Source: Chamaesiphon sp. (GTDB taxonomy: Bacteria > Cyanobacteriota > Cyanobacteriia > Cyanobacteriales > Chamaesiphonaceae). Taken from it: DNA of 64,000 nt. A program made the translations under genes and the position numbers. Each line of letters opens with the position of its first letter. The first letter of the stretch is position 1. The DNA lies in NCBI GenBank assembly GCA_965246715.1, contig CBDFFH010000043.1, positions 32,001-96,000 of the forward strand. The letters run 5' to 3'. Below the pieces are notes generated by a model. It did no database searches. It had not been told where the DNA came from and worked only from the letters and a program-made list of their open reading frames with translations. Of this stretch, positions 28,054 through 39,246 are shown piece after piece.

Positions 28054-29679
28054 ATGGTTTATCAATTCTTTTTTGGTAACAAACAAATCCAAACCATCCC
28101 CCAAACCCAGCCCATCCCCGGTCGCGAAGCCGAAATGGTCAAAGGTAAATCCAGCGGCTACATGTTCGCAGCCGACACCTGGCAGAGATTGCGACGGTGC
28201 CTGCTCATCGGTACAGCCAACGGTAGCTACTACGCCACCAAATGGGAACTGACCAACGATTTTGTCGATGTCCTAGAAACAGCAATTAAAGAAGATCCCG
28301 ATCGCGTCGCCGCAGAAATAGTTTACGCCTCCGATGGTCGCGCGATCGACAACAGCACCTCGATCTGGGCATTGGTACTATTATCGATGGATGAAAGTAA
28401 TGCTGCGAAAACAGCATTCCAGAAGATCTTCCCCCAAGTCGTACGAACAGCCAGCCACTTCTACGAATGGATGAGCTACACCAAATCCGTTCGTGGTTTC
28501 GGTAAGATCGTGCGCGAAGCGGGTAAAAATTGGCTTGCACAAGGAGATACCAAAGCACTTGCTTATCAGTTGCTCAAATATCAACAACGTCACGGTTTCT
28601 CCAATCGCGACGCGCTGAGATTATTCCACGTCAAACCCCAAACCGAAGACCGCGATTGGCTGTTTAAATGGGTTATCAATGGGTGGGAAACGTTGCCAGA
28701 AAAACCCCCAGCAGAGGCATTAACCCAGATCTGGTGGTATGAATGGTTGAAACGCAATCCCAACTCTACTAGAGAGGCAATTACTCAAGGTCGCCTGACT
28801 CATGAAATGGCCGCTCCTGTAGGTAAAATGGATCGCGATGCTTGGCAGCTATTATTTGAAGATATGCCGATCGGTGCTCTATTACGAAATCTCGGTTCCT
28901 TAACTGAAATTGGCGTATTGGCACACGTTAAAGGGCAAAAGTCAGTTAATAAAAATCTCGATCGTGTCGCGAATATTCTGACTGACAAAGAACGCTTGAA
29001 AAAAGGCCGCATTCACCCGATCGATATTCTCAAAGCACTCAAAACCTATAAATCTGGAGGGAAGCTTGGTAAAAGTACCAAAACTTGGACTCCGACACCG
29101 CGAATTATCGATATTCTCGACAAAGCGCTGGAATTATCATTCGAGGCGATCGCGCCGACAGGTAAAGTGTTTATGCACGCTGTCGATATTTCTGGTTCGA
29201 TGTCTTCTTACACTGTGAGTTCGATTAACCTCACCTGTTGCGAAATTGCTACCACGATGGCATTAGCTAGTGCAAAAGCCGAACGTAATTATATGATTCG
29301 TGGTTTCTCTACCAAGTTTATCGATTTGGGCATCGATCGAAGCGACTCATTTAGTTCGGCAATTAAAAAAGCCAGCAACCAAAATTTCGGCGGTACCGAT
29401 GCTAGCTTGGCTTTCGACTGGATGATAAAACACAACTTTTATGCTGATGTTATCTGTTTATGGACGGATTGCGAGAGCTGGGCGGGATCGAAACACCCGA
29501 CTCAAGCTTTAGCTGAATATCGTCAAAAAGTGAATCCTGATGCCAAAGCAATTTACATTTCTTTGGTGCCTAACAATATTACTCTCGTCGATCCGAAAGA
29601 TCCTAATTCTTGGGATATTGCGGGTTTCGATCCCAGTACTCCTAGATTGATTCAATCGATCGCCAGCGGCGAAATCTAG
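28054..29679 (+). CDS. rsr: Ro60-related TROVE/vWA RNA-binding protein
   Basis: LRRCLLIG..GSYY, YQLLKYQQRHG, MPIGALLRNLG, RIHPIDIL, MIDAS DISGSM, GGTDAS, TDCESW, DIAGFD. Confidence 0.93.
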   Translation: MVYQFFFGNKQIQTIPQTQPIPGREAEMVKGKSSGYMFAADTWQRLRRCLLIGTANGSYYATKWELTNDFVDVLETAIKEDPDRVAAEIVYASDGRAIDNSTSIWALVLLSMDESNAAKTAFQKIFPQVVRTASHFYEWMSYTKSVRGFGKIVREAGKNWLAQGDTKALAYQLLKYQQRHGFSNRDALRLFHVKPQTEDRDWLFKWVINGWETLPEKPPAEALTQIWWYEWLKRNPNSTREAITQGRLTHEMAAPVGKMDRDAWQLLFEDMPIGALLRNLGSLTEIGVLAHVKGQKSVNKNLDRVANILTDKERLKKGRIHPIDILKALKTYKSGGKLGKSTKTWTPTPRIIDILDKALELSFEAIAPTGKVFMHAVDISGSMSSYTVSSINLTCCEIATTMALASAKAERNYMIRGFSTKFIDLGIDRSDSFSSAIKKASNQNFGGTDASLAFDWMIKHNFYADVICLWTDCESWAGSKHPTQALAEYRQKVNPDAKAIYISLVPNNITLVDPKDPNSWDIAGFDPSTPRLIQSIASGEI

Positions 29680-29684
29680 CTTTT

Positions 29685-29711
29685 AGAGCCTGTAATTTAC
29701 AGGCTCTTTTT
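29685..29711 (+). terminator. Rho-independent terminator after rsr
   Basis: AGAGCCTGTAATTTACAGGCTCT followed by a T-tract. Confidence 0.8.
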
Positions 29712-30035
29712 GTGATGTTGTAATTTAGGCGATAATTAAATTGCAAAGTCGATCGACCTTGCTAAAGCCAGCAGCGTTAATCTTAAGTCAAAAAGCTAGA
29801 TTGAGTATCACCTTCTAAATTCAACTGAAAGGGTAGGAGTTTGGGATGAAAATCGAGCGAATGGGATCGATCGGCTGAGTCACTCACCTCGATCGGACTC
29901 CAGCCCTTATAATAAGTAGAGCGATCGATGCTAAACGCCGATGCTCCGCTAGATGTGGGGATCGATCGTCAGCACCAATCCTTAATTTTCAGACCGCACT
30001 CCGTCAGGACAGCCTAGCTATCGCAACAAGAGATT

Positions 30036-31220
30036 ATGGCACAACTCGAAACCAGAACCGAACCGATGGTGCTAAATATGGGGCCGCACCACCCATCGAT
30101 GCACGGGGTTATGCGGCTGATTGTCACCCTCGACGGTGAAGATGTCGTAGATTGCGAACCCGTGATCGGCTATCTCCATCGCGGGATGGAGAAAATCGCC
30201 GAAAACCGCACGAACATCATGTTTGTACCCTACGTGAGCCGTTGGGACTACGCAGCGGGGATGTTTAATGAAGCGGTAACGGTTAACGCTGTCGAGAAAT
30301 TGGCGAATATTGCCATTCCCAAACGCGCGAGCTATATTCGTGTCATCATGCTCGAACTCAATCGGATTGCCAACCATCTCCTGTGGCTCGGCCCATTCAT
30401 GGCTGATGTTGGCGCGCAGACACCATTCTTCTACATCTTCCGCGAACGGGAGATGATTTACGATCTGTGGGAAGCTGCTACAGGCTATCGAATGGTAAAT
30501 AATAACTATTTCCGCATCGGTGGTGTTGCGGTAGATCTACCCTACGGCTGGATCGATAAATGTATCGATTTTTGCGACTACTTCATGCCGAAGGTCGATG
30601 AATATGAGAAACTGATCACCAATAATCCGATTTTCCGTCGCCGGGTAGAAGGGGTGGGGACGATTAGCCGCGAGGAAGCGATTAATTGGGGTCTCTCTGG
30701 CCCGATGTTGCGTGCTTCGGGCGTGAAGTGGGATCTGCGCAAAGTAGACCACTACGAGTGTTATGACGATTTCGATTGGGATGTCCACTCTGAGACGGCG
30801 GGGGACTGTTTGGCACGCTATTTCGTGCGGATTCGCGAAATGCGCGAGTCGATTAAGATTTTACGTCAAGCAATTGCTGGTTTACCTGGTGGTGCCTATG
30901 AAGATCTCGAAGCCAAGCGGCTGGCGGCGGGGCCAAAATCGGAATGGGATGGCATGGATTATCAATATATCGCCAAGAAAGTCGCACCGACGTTCAAAAT
31001 TCCCAAAGGCGAAAACTACGTCCGCGTTGAGAGTGGTAAAGGCGAACTCGGCATCTTCATCATCGGCGATGATAATGTCTTCCCTTGGCGGTGGAAGATT
31101 CGCGCTGCAGACTTTAATAATGTCCAAATTTTACCGCACCTCTTACGTGGGGTAAAAGTTGCCGATATCGTGACGATTTTGGGGAGTGTCGATATTATTA
31201 TGGGTTCGGTCGATCGCTAA
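30036..31220 (+). CDS. ndhH: NAD(P)H-quinone oxidoreductase subunit H
   Basis: [12 protein letters not shown]...[12 protein letters not shown]...IMGSVDR. Confidence 0.98.
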   Translation: MAQLETRTEPMVLNMGPHHPSMHGVMRLIVTLDGEDVVDCEPVIGYLHRGMEKIAENRTNIMFVPYVSRWDYAAGMFNEAVTVNAVEKLANIAIPKRASYIRVIMLELNRIANHLLWLGPFMADVGAQTPFFYIFREREMIYDLWEAATGYRMVNNNYFRIGGVAVDLPYGWIDKCIDFCDYFMPKVDEYEKLITNNPIFRRRVEGVGTISREEAINWGLSGPMLRASGVKWDLRKVDHYECYDDFDWDVHSETAGDCLARYFVRIREMRESIKILRQAIAGLPGGAYEDLEAKRLAAGPKSEWDGMDYQYIAKKVAPTFKIPKGENYVRVESGKGELGIFIIGDDNVFPWRWKIRAADFNNVQILPHLLRGVKVADIVTILGSVDIIMGSVDR

Positions 31221-31659
31221 TTTAGTGGCTACTGAAAATAGCAGTTACTGTTAATTCATTCCCAGTTATTTAGGGTCTCCCGTTAATAAATATAGGGTAG
31301 AGGGGGGTAAAATGTCGCGATCGCGGAATTTTATCCCCCTATCCAGTATGGATTTTCACCCGCCGATTTCGGGTGACAGCTCGAAAATACAGCAATTCGC
31401 CAAGGGTGTCCGATGAGTTTTATTTGTGACAATCTAAGGCTGTCAATTCCGCTGTCTTGTCTCCCTCAAACGTCGGGAAACCCAATGCCGCTAAATCCGC
31501 CTTGTTAAAGGGGAGTAAGAGTCAAAGGCTCCTTTTGAATAGGGTGGGGATTTAGATGTATGCTGTTCGGATACCTGCTGAGGGCATAATGGGATAAGAG
31601 TAGCCGATCGAGCATTATCATAATGTTCTTAGGCGATCGCCGATAACCATCACATCGCT

Positions 31660-32364
31660 ATGGATAAACTCAATCGCGATCCTCGCATCGCCGCCGTCAT
31701 CTTCGATCTAGATGGCGTAATTACGAATACTGTCTATTTCCATTATCTCTCGTGGCAACGCTTAGCCGATGAAGAGAACATTCCGTTTGACAAAGTGACT
31801 CACGATCGCGAGATGTTGGGGTTAAATCGTGAGGACGCTCTTTGGACTTTATTAGGCGATCGCAACACCAGCCTACCGCAGCAGCAATTGTTATTAAAGC
31901 GGAAAAATGATTATTATTTAGAATCGATCGGCGAACTCAATCGTAACGATCTCTTGCCAGGAATCGGCAATCTCTTGCACGAACTGAGTGCTGCTAATAT
32001 TAAAATCGCGCTAGGTTCTTCGAGTAAAAATGCCGAACTAGTCTTACAAAGATTGGGAATTATTGACTTCTTTGATTTCATTGCTGATGGACATAGCGTT
32101 CCCTATCTCAAACCCGCTCCAGATGTCTTTCTCTATGCGGCTGAAGAACTCTCGATCGCGCCTACTAATTGTTTGGTAATTGAAGATGCTCCTGCAGGTG
32201 TTGCCGCAGCTTTGAAGGCGAAGATGTGGGTATTGGGGGTCGGGCCATTCGATCGATTGGCGCAAGCACATTTAGTATTACCAACTTTAGCAGAAATTAG
32301 CTGGGCGGATATTGTCGCCAAGATCGATTACTACCATCACGCTCATTCACAACCTAAAACTTAA
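31660..32364 (+). CDS. pgmB: Beta-phosphoglucomutase-like HAD hydrolase
   Basis: IFDLDGVIT, SSSKNA, KPAPDVF, IEDA. Confidence 0.8.
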   Translation: MDKLNRDPRIAAVIFDLDGVITNTVYFHYLSWQRLADEENIPFDKVTHDREMLGLNREDALWTLLGDRNTSLPQQQLLLKRKNDYYLESIGELNRNDLLPGIGNLLHELSAANIKIALGSSSKNAELVLQRLGIIDFFDFIADGHSVPYLKPAPDVFLYAAEELSIAPTNCLVIEDAPAGVAAALKAKMWVLGVGPFDRLAQAHLVLPTLAEISWADIVAKIDYYHHAHSQPKT

Positions 32365-32385
32365 AGTTTGTTGCTGACGGATAAA

Positions 32386-33387
32386 CTAACTAGGATCTTT
32401 AGTATTTCCCATTAAATATAGCAACGCCATCCGAATGGCGACACCGTTATTTACTTGTTCGGAAATCAGACTTAAAGATAGATCGTCCATCAGATCTGAG
32501 GTGATTTCGACACCACGATTGGTGGGGCCAGGGTGTAATATTTTGACATCTGGTTTGCATAGTTTGAGTCTCGATCTCGTGATGCCATAGTATTGATGAT
32601 ATTCACGCAGACTCGGTAATAAATTTTGGGACATTCGCTCTTGTTGGAGACGTAATGTCATCACAAAATCAGCATCCTTGAGAGCAGGTTCGAGTTGCCA
32701 GCTAACGAACAATTTAGAATTATCGATGCCGACTCTTGGCTCGGCGCAATAATCAGCAAATTCCGCAGGTAGTAACGTCGGCGGCGCACAGAGATGGACT
32801 TCTGCACCGCTGGCGGTAAGACTCCAGATATTCGATCGAGCAACACGAGAATGTAAAATATCCCCGACGATCGCGATTTTTTTGTCTTTGAGTAAAGCTA
32901 ACCGGGGATTATCTCGATCGAGTGTGGCACAAATTGTTAATAGATCTAATAATGCTTGGGAAGGATGTTCGTGTTGTCCGTCGCCAGCATTTAAGATGCC
33001 AACTTTCGTCCCCATTGCATCCATTTCTGCAGCGATCGCTTGAGGCACTCCAGCATGTTTGTGCCGGATTACCATTAGATCGGCACCCATTGCCAAATAT
33101 GTTTTGGCAGTGTCGAGAATAGTTTCACCTTTGGTAAGCGAAGAAGTCGCCGCAGCAAAGTTGAGGGTGTCGGCGGAGAGCCGCTTGGCGGCTAATTCAA
33201 AACTACTGCGGGTGCGGGTGGAGGATTCAAAAAACAGATTGGCAACTACCCGCCCTTGGAGCGTCGGTACTTTCTTAACTGGGCGAGATAGTACTTCTTT
33301 GAAGCTAGCCGCTGTCTGAAGGACGGTATCGTACTCCTGTGGTGTAAAATCTGCGAGGGATAATATGTGGCGGCGCGTCCAAGTCAT
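32386..33387 (-). CDS. pyrB: Aspartate carbamoyltransferase catalytic subunit
   Basis: [38 protein letters not shown]. Confidence 0.97.
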   Translation of the reverse strand: MTWTRRHILSLADFTPQEYDTVLQTAASFKEVLSRPVKKVPTLQGRVVANLFFESSTRTRSSFELAAKRLSADTLNFAAATSSLTKGETILDTAKTYLAMGADLMVIRHKHAGVPQAIAAEMDAMGTKVGILNAGDGQHEHPSQALLDLLTICATLDRDNPRLALLKDKKIAIVGDILHSRVARSNIWSLTASGAEVHLCAPPTLLPAEFADYCAEPRVGIDNSKLFVSWQLEPALKDADFVMTLRLQQERMSQNLLPSLREYHQYYGITRSRLKLCKPDVKILHPGPTNRGVEITSDLMDDLSLSLISEQVNNGVAIRMALLYLMGNTKDPS

Positions 33388-33439
33388 TTGGGGAGAGAAT
33401 AGGGTTTTGGGAATAAAGGGTAGTTTCGATCGATATTAG

Positions 33440-33901
33440 TTAAAGTTCTGTTTGCTGAGGATCGTTTTCTGGTGGATGCCAGCCTGCTTCCCGCCAAAAT
33501 TCACGAGCTTCTTGGATCGATCTTTCTCCTTTGTACTTCTCATCATTCAGATCTAACCGATCGCAAGTTGCTCGACCGATCGCAGTAGTCCCAATAATTT
33601 TAGTGGCATCAGCCGACCAAATAAAATGTTCTTGCCATAAATGATTGCGGGGATCGAACAAGGGCAAAATAGCCGAGGTTTCAATGTCGCGTCCAACAAC
33701 GAAGTTATATCGGTGCTGGTTGCAGCGACTGCAAGCAAGCGCAAGATTGTCTGCTGTATCGGCACCACCTAAAGATCGAGGCTGGAGATGATCCAACGTA
33801 AACCTTGAGGTGCTGATTTTCTCTGGTGAGTGGCAGTATTCACATAAATAGTTTGCTCTTTTACGGACATACTTTTTGGTAAAGTCATTGATAATACTCA
33901 C
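33440..33901 (-). CDS. HNH endonuclease
   Basis: CEYC...DHLQPRSLGG...NLALACSRCN. Confidence 0.9.
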   Translation of the reverse strand: MSIINDFTKKYVRKRANYLCEYCHSPEKISTSRFTLDHLQPRSLGGADTADNLALACSRCNQHRYNFVVGRDIETSAILPLFDPRNHLWQEHFIWSADATKIIGTTAIGRATCDRLDLNDEKYKGERSIQEAREFWREAGWHPPENDPQQTEL

Positions 33902-34131
33902 TTTTGGGCAGCCAGGAGCGAATTTAGGTAAGTGAATATTCTGTCAAGTTCGCTAATACTGTCAAGTTCTTCCTGCTCGGTGGTGGTAAGTGTGGCTGTT
34001 TGATTTTTGGCTAATAGATCTTCTAGCTTATCTTGAAGAGTGTCGGTAAATTTGAACAGTCGTAAATCATCAATTTTTTCGACTCTGATACCTTGTTCTA
34101 ACAATGATTGGGGGCTAATCGTGACTTGCAT
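33898..34131 (-). CDS. Small acidic protein translationally coupled to the HNH gene
   Basis: 77 aa (QDKLEDLLAKN...EQEELD); 4-bp ATGA overlap with the HNH ORF. Confidence 0.7.
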   Translation of the reverse strand: MQVTISPQSLLEQGIRVEKIDDLRLFKFTDTLQDKLEDLLAKNQTATLTTTEQEELDSISELDRIFTYLNSLLAAQK

Positions 34132-34197
34132 GATCTGGTGCCTTAATTTAGATATATTTCTATTTTCTCTGCTTCGGGACGATCGTGCCAAGTGGGT

Positions 34198-35544
34198 TTA
34201 TAAGTGCAGGACATTACTGCCGATCGTAATTAACGATAGAAACAGAATAAACCCGATCGTATCTAATAATGTCGTTACCAATGGCCCACTAATCAAAGCT
34301 GGATCTACATTTAGTCGCTTGAACCCCATTGGTAGCAGCGTTCCCAATGTCACGGCAATGACACTATTCGCCGCCATCACAATCCCTGCCACTATTGCCA
34401 CCCAGCGTTCGTTTGGTGGAGTCCAAATCAGTGCCAATACAATCATCGTCATCCCGAGTCCCAACGCGGTGCCTAGCCCTGCTAACAACTCCTTGCCGAG
34501 AATTTTGAGTGTATCGCTAGGCGTAACTTCGCCGACACCTAGCGATCGAATTGTGACGGTTAAGGATTGAGTACCGACTGCGCCACCAGTATTGGAAAAC
34601 AGCGGCATGATTACAGCTAGGACTGGAATTTTGGAGATCGTGTCTTGGAATGGCGCGATCGAACTCGATGCGCCGATATACAATGCCATAATTCCCAACA
34701 ACCACGGGAGCCGATTGCGTAATTTATCCCAGGGTGAGGAGAGTGAAGAATCTTCACCACCTGCGACCCCTGCGAGTTTTTGGATATCTTCGGTGGCTTC
34801 TTCTTGCAAGATATCGACGACATCATCGATCGTGATAATCCCCACCAATCGATCCTCGCGATCGACTACCGGCATCGCGATTAAGTCATATCGCTGCATT
34901 TGTCTGGCAACTTCCGCCTGGGGCGTTTCGGTATAAGCCTTAATTACTCGATCGCTAGAGATATCAACAATCGGTGTATCGGGCAGGGTAAATACCAATT
35001 GGCGCAACGATACAACTTGCTTTAATTTGCGACTATCGTCGGTGACATACGCATAATACACAGTCTCCTTATCGCGATCGCTTTGCTTCATTTTTGCCAA
35101 AGCTTCACCTACCGTCAAACCTTGCCGCAACCGCACGTATTCTGTCGTCATCACCCGTCCCGCCGTACCATCGGGATAACCGATAATCGTGGCGGTAGCT
35201 TGACGTTCTTCCTGACTTAATTGGGGTAATAATCTTTTGACGACTCCAGCTGGTAATTCATCGAATAATGCTACCCGATCGTCGGGACTCATCGCTTCGA
35301 TAATCTGACAAACTTGAGTATCGTGGAGGGATTCGATTAACTCTTCCTGAATTTCCGTGGGTAGATACTCAAAGACATCGATCGCGCAATCTTTACTGAG
35401 CAACCGAAAAGCGATCGCCCGGCGTTCGGCAGGCAATTCGCTAATATAATCGCCAACATCTACCGCAGGTAAATGATTGAGTTCTGATTTAAGTTGATTT
35501 AAATCTGTGATTTCCGATAACTCTAAACCTTCTTGAGTGAGCAT
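34198..35544 (-). CDS. mgtE: Magnesium transporter MgtE
   Basis: N-domain, CBS pair (TAGRVMTTEY, LVGIITIDD), RLPWL, DPALISGPLVTTLLD. Confidence 0.95.
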   Translation of the reverse strand: MLTQEGLELSEITDLNQLKSELNHLPAVDVGDYISELPAERRAIAFRLLSKDCAIDVFEYLPTEIQEELIESLHDTQVCQIIEAMSPDDRVALFDELPAGVVKRLLPQLSQEERQATATIIGYPDGTAGRVMTTEYVRLRQGLTVGEALAKMKQSDRDKETVYYAYVTDDSRKLKQVVSLRQLVFTLPDTPIVDISSDRVIKAYTETPQAEVARQMQRYDLIAMPVVDREDRLVGIITIDDVVDILQEEATEDIQKLAGVAGGEDSSLSSPWDKLRNRLPWLLGIMALYIGASSSIAPFQDTISKIPVLAVIMPLFSNTGGAVGTQSLTVTIRSLGVGEVTPSDTLKILGKELLAGLGTALGLGMTMIVLALIWTPPNERWVAIVAGIVMAANSVIAVTLGTLLPMGFKRLNVDPALISGPLVTTLLDTIGFILFLSLITIGSNVLHL

Positions 35545-35766
35545 TAAACCTCCTAGCCTCCTCCGACTGGGAGACTAGCTCGACAGGTTAGAGAAGGTTG
35601 TTAATGTGGGCAGATGAGCTGTAGCCCAGAGAATACATAGAAATTAGATGCCGATATTTTAATTGAGTTGGAAGATCGACCTCTTTATCCTAACTTTAGA
35701 TGTACCAACAGTGCAAACGTAATTTGCGAGATTAGGTACGCGGGAATAGTTAGATATAATCGAGGA

Positions 35767-37359
35767 ATGTTTAAGTCCGATCGGTCATCTGTGCCAACAA
35801 TTGAAGTCACCACTCATACTATTCTGCGCGATCTGTTACGACAGCAGCCCGAAATCGCGGATTGGAACCATTATCTGACGATGGCTCGACTGGTGGCGCG
35901 GGCGTTGAGGATGTCCAAATCGGCGCTGATTCAGACGGGCGTGGCGACTCATCGATCGCAGGGCAAATATCGGCTCAGTTATGCGATCGCCGCATTACTC
36001 TGGGATAAAGCCGTAACTATTGTCATTCCCACATCAGCTCAAGCGCACCTAATCGCAACTGAATTACCGCGCATCCAACGCTGGCTGGGCACTTCTAAGC
36101 CAGTCTACTGTGGCAAACTTCCCCCAGCCACACCAGACTTTGATGGTTTATGGATCGCCGATCCGCATTCTTGGTTGGGTTTGCATTTTGATCGTCCTGA
36201 GTTAGTTGGCGATCGTCCTACGATTATCGATGGTGCTGACGATTTAGAAAATTGGGCGCAAGCATTACTCACAGTTACCATCAATCCTGACGACTGGAAT
36301 AGCTTGCAGCTGAGCCACCCACCTGTTGGTACAGCCGCTGGGCTGGAGAATCGCTGGCAAACAATTATCGATCTAAAAATCCGCTTGCTGGAGAGTTTAT
36401 GGCAGCGGCCGATCGATCCTTATAATTGCTATGTCTTGGATCCATTAGAACGCTCGCTTGTCGAGTTATTAAAGAGTTTATTTATTCCCGACTTACATCC
36501 AAATTGGCAGAAATTTTATCAACAATTAGCAGTACCAACCAATCGCTTGGTATGGGCATCACTAGATCGCACGCGTGGCACATTTACCCTCGCGATCGCA
36601 CCGATAAATCTCGTCCCCTTCTTAGCGCCGATTTGGGAACGTCAAGCGACAGTATTAATTACTAGTGCGGTAGATTTAACGAATGAGGCGATCGGGTATC
36701 GTCAAGAATTAGGTTTGGGTGAGATTACTTCCGTTAAATTTTCGCTCGTTGGCGCAGCATCGAGGAACGATCGTCGCCAAACCGATCTGTTTCAACTCTA
36801 CATTCCCCGCTGGATGCCGATGCCAAATACGAGTAAATTTCAGCCGATTTTAGTCGATGAAATTCAACAGTTATTGCACCTGATCGATGGTAGTCCCAAA
36901 TTTGTGGTCATTTTAGTCGGCGATACCCCACTTCAAGCACAATTAGCAGCCATTCTCGCTGCTGAATGGGGTTCTCGAGTCCAAGTCGAACGCGCCGATC
37001 TCCATGAGACAAATATCCTTGTCTCTGGGTGGGAATTTTGGCAAACACATCAAGATCGTCTACCCACCCCGCAATTAATGATTATTACTACGCTCCCGAT
37101 TCCCTCACTTGAAGATCCGTTAGTTGCTGCCAAAGTGAGTTTCTATAAACAACAAAAACAAGATTGGTTCCGATTATATTTATTACCGACAGGTTTAAGA
37201 ATCTTACACCGCGCGATCGATCCGATGCGAACCTCGCAAGGGATCGTGGCAATTTTTGATAACCGCATCAACCAGCGTAGCTATGGCAAGCAAGTACTTG
37301 CCGCGCTTACTCCCGCTGCCAGAATTAATTATCCAGACTTAAGTTGGCTCGATCGCTAA
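35767..37359 (+). CDS. DinG-like helicase C-terminal domain protein
   Basis: MARLVARALR, TLPIPSLEDPLV, FDNRINQRSYG; start uncertain. Confidence 0.75.
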   Translation: MFKSDRSSVPTIEVTTHTILRDLLRQQPEIADWNHYLTMARLVARALRMSKSALIQTGVATHRSQGKYRLSYAIAALLWDKAVTIVIPTSAQAHLIATELPRIQRWLGTSKPVYCGKLPPATPDFDGLWIADPHSWLGLHFDRPELVGDRPTIIDGADDLENWAQALLTVTINPDDWNSLQLSHPPVGTAAGLENRWQTIIDLKIRLLESLWQRPIDPYNCYVLDPLERSLVELLKSLFIPDLHPNWQKFYQQLAVPTNRLVWASLDRTRGTFTLAIAPINLVPFLAPIWERQATVLITSAVDLTNEAIGYRQELGLGEITSVKFSLVGAASRNDRRQTDLFQLYIPRWMPMPNTSKFQPILVDEIQQLLHLIDGSPKFVVILVGDTPLQAQLAAILAAEWGSRVQVERADLHETNILVSGWEFWQTHQDRLPTPQLMIITTLPIPSLEDPLVAAKVSFYKQQKQDWFRLYLLPTGLRILHRAIDPMRTSQGIVAIFDNRINQRSYGKQVLAALTPAARINYPDLSWLDR

Positions 37360-37379
37360 TCCAGCTCAATCGCTCTATA

Positions 37380-38206
37380 GGCGTTGCTGGATTAGGATAT
37401 GATCTAAGGCGATCGAGAGAAGTAACAAGAGCAAATATCTAAATGGAATGTCCTGAATGTAGATCGTCTAATATCAATAAAAATGGGCGAATAAAGGGAA
37501 AGCAGAACCATATTTGTAAAGACTGCGGACGGCAATTTATAGATTGTTATGAAGCACACAGAGGATATTCACCACAAATCAAGCAGAAATGTTTGTCAAT
37601 GTATGTTAATGGGATGGGATTTCGAGCAATAGAAAGAGTAATGGGTGTGCATAATACAACTGTCATGGATTGGGTGAAGCAAGTAGGGGGAAATCTCCCA
37701 GATTACTATAATTCAGACCAAATACCAGAAGTTGGTGAGTTGGATGAGTTAGAGACGTTTGTTGGCTCAAAAAAAACAAGATCTGGCTCTGGACGGCAGT
37801 AAATCACTTTCAGATGGGTATTTTAGGATGGGTATTAGGCGACCACAGTGCTAAGACATTTAGACCGCTATGGGAGAATTTGGTAAGTACATGGAAATGT
37901 TATTTTTATGTGACGGATGGGTGGAGGGTCTATCCAATATTTATTCCAGATGGTGACCAAATCGTGAGTAAAACTTATATGACAAGAGTTGAGGGTGAAA
38001 ACACTAGGCTCAGACATTACTTAGCTCGATTAAAAAGAAAAACATTATGTTATTCTAAGTGCGAACAAATGCTAAAGCATTCTATTAGATTGTTAATTCA
38101 TTATCTTAAATTTGGTGAAGTACCAACTCCTAATTCAGTTAGTTCTGGCGATCGACGGCACAGATTACCTCTCGATCGCCAAATCATATCTTAATCCAGC
38201 AACGCC
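37380..38206 (+). mobile_element. IS1-family insertion sequence, intact
   Basis: TIRs GGCGTTGCTGGATTAGGATATGAT / ATCATATCTTAATCCAGCAACGCC; 8-bp TSD GCTCTATA at 37372-37379 and 38207-38214. Confidence 0.95.
37443..38194 (+). CDS. IS1 transposase (InsA/InsB joined by a -1 frameshift at the A8C run, 37769-37777)
   Basis: CPEC..CKDC zinc ribbon, HTH, ELDEL, VTDGW, EGENTRLRH. Confidence 0.9.
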
Positions 38207-38766
38207 GCTCTATATTCTACGTCAAAAGATCTAAAACAATTTGTGAAATGTATCCTTTATTACACTTTATCTAGTGAATCTTACTGAACAGTATCAAATG
38301 TTACGGTTTTTTTACTGTTGACGGATAAATTTCGATAACGTATGATTAGCGGAAGTCAATACCATAAGAAATATTGCAACAACTTTACACCAAAAATTGA
38401 TATATGTGTCGATAAATTTTATCTATAAAACTTTGTGAGTTATTTGAATTCCCGAGAAATTATCTCAAGCGAATTTATAGACTCGATTTGAAGATAGATA
38501 TCGTTATCGAGCTGCAAATAATAGTCAAAATATTTTAAACCTTTAGCTCTGAAGTTATTACTCTAGTCATCGATTAGGGCATGATTTTCCATGGCTTCAA
38601 ATATTTTTGCATTGTTTGCGATCGATGCTCTGGATACAATTTGAGCGATGTTCGGAGTATTGACGATCCTAGATAGATACTATTACAAACATATTTTACA
38701 CACACACTTTAAGGTTTCCTGGACAAGATAAAAATCATCCTAAATAATACTTAAAAGTTTGAGAAT

Positions 38767-39234
38767 ATGCTATTAACTGAATACTCTCAAGATTTGAACG
38801 ATCGCACTTTGATTGCAGCCTGTCATAACTTACAAGGCGACCCACCACAAGATATTCCATTTTTGGTTTGGTTACTGGAAAACCCCGATAGTCCCTGCGC
38901 GATGCCCGGAAATATCAGTCTAGAAGATCACGATCGGCTCCATTGCATCCTCGATCGCGGCTTTGCTGCTAAAGATGAAGCTTATATCGTCGGGTTTTCG
39001 ATGGGTAACGATGTTTTAACAACTTGGGTTCATGTAATAGTTATTAAAATTGTTGCTTTTCTCTTTTATCCAGCAAAGTATCGATTTAGCTATGCAGATA
39101 TGCAGGAGTTCGATCGCGGGTTTAAATTGGGTAGGAGCGTAAAAGTTAAGAACCTCAATCAAGGCAGATTGTCAGCATGGGATTCTAAAAAACTGCAAGA
39201 AATTAGACAAGAACTTCATCTAAAAACTAGTTAA
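38767..39234 (+). CDS. Hypothetical protein with HDxxH...DE putative metal-binding motif
   Basis: EDHDRLHCILDRG...KDEAY. Confidence 0.65.
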   Translation: MLLTEYSQDLNDRTLIAACHNLQGDPPQDIPFLVWLLENPDSPCAMPGNISLEDHDRLHCILDRGFAAKDEAYIVGFSMGNDVLTTWVHVIVIKIVAFLFYPAKYRFSYADMQEFDRGFKLGRSVKVKNLNQGRLSAWDSKKLQEIRQELHLKTS

Positions 39235-39246
39235 TTTGGAGTATTT

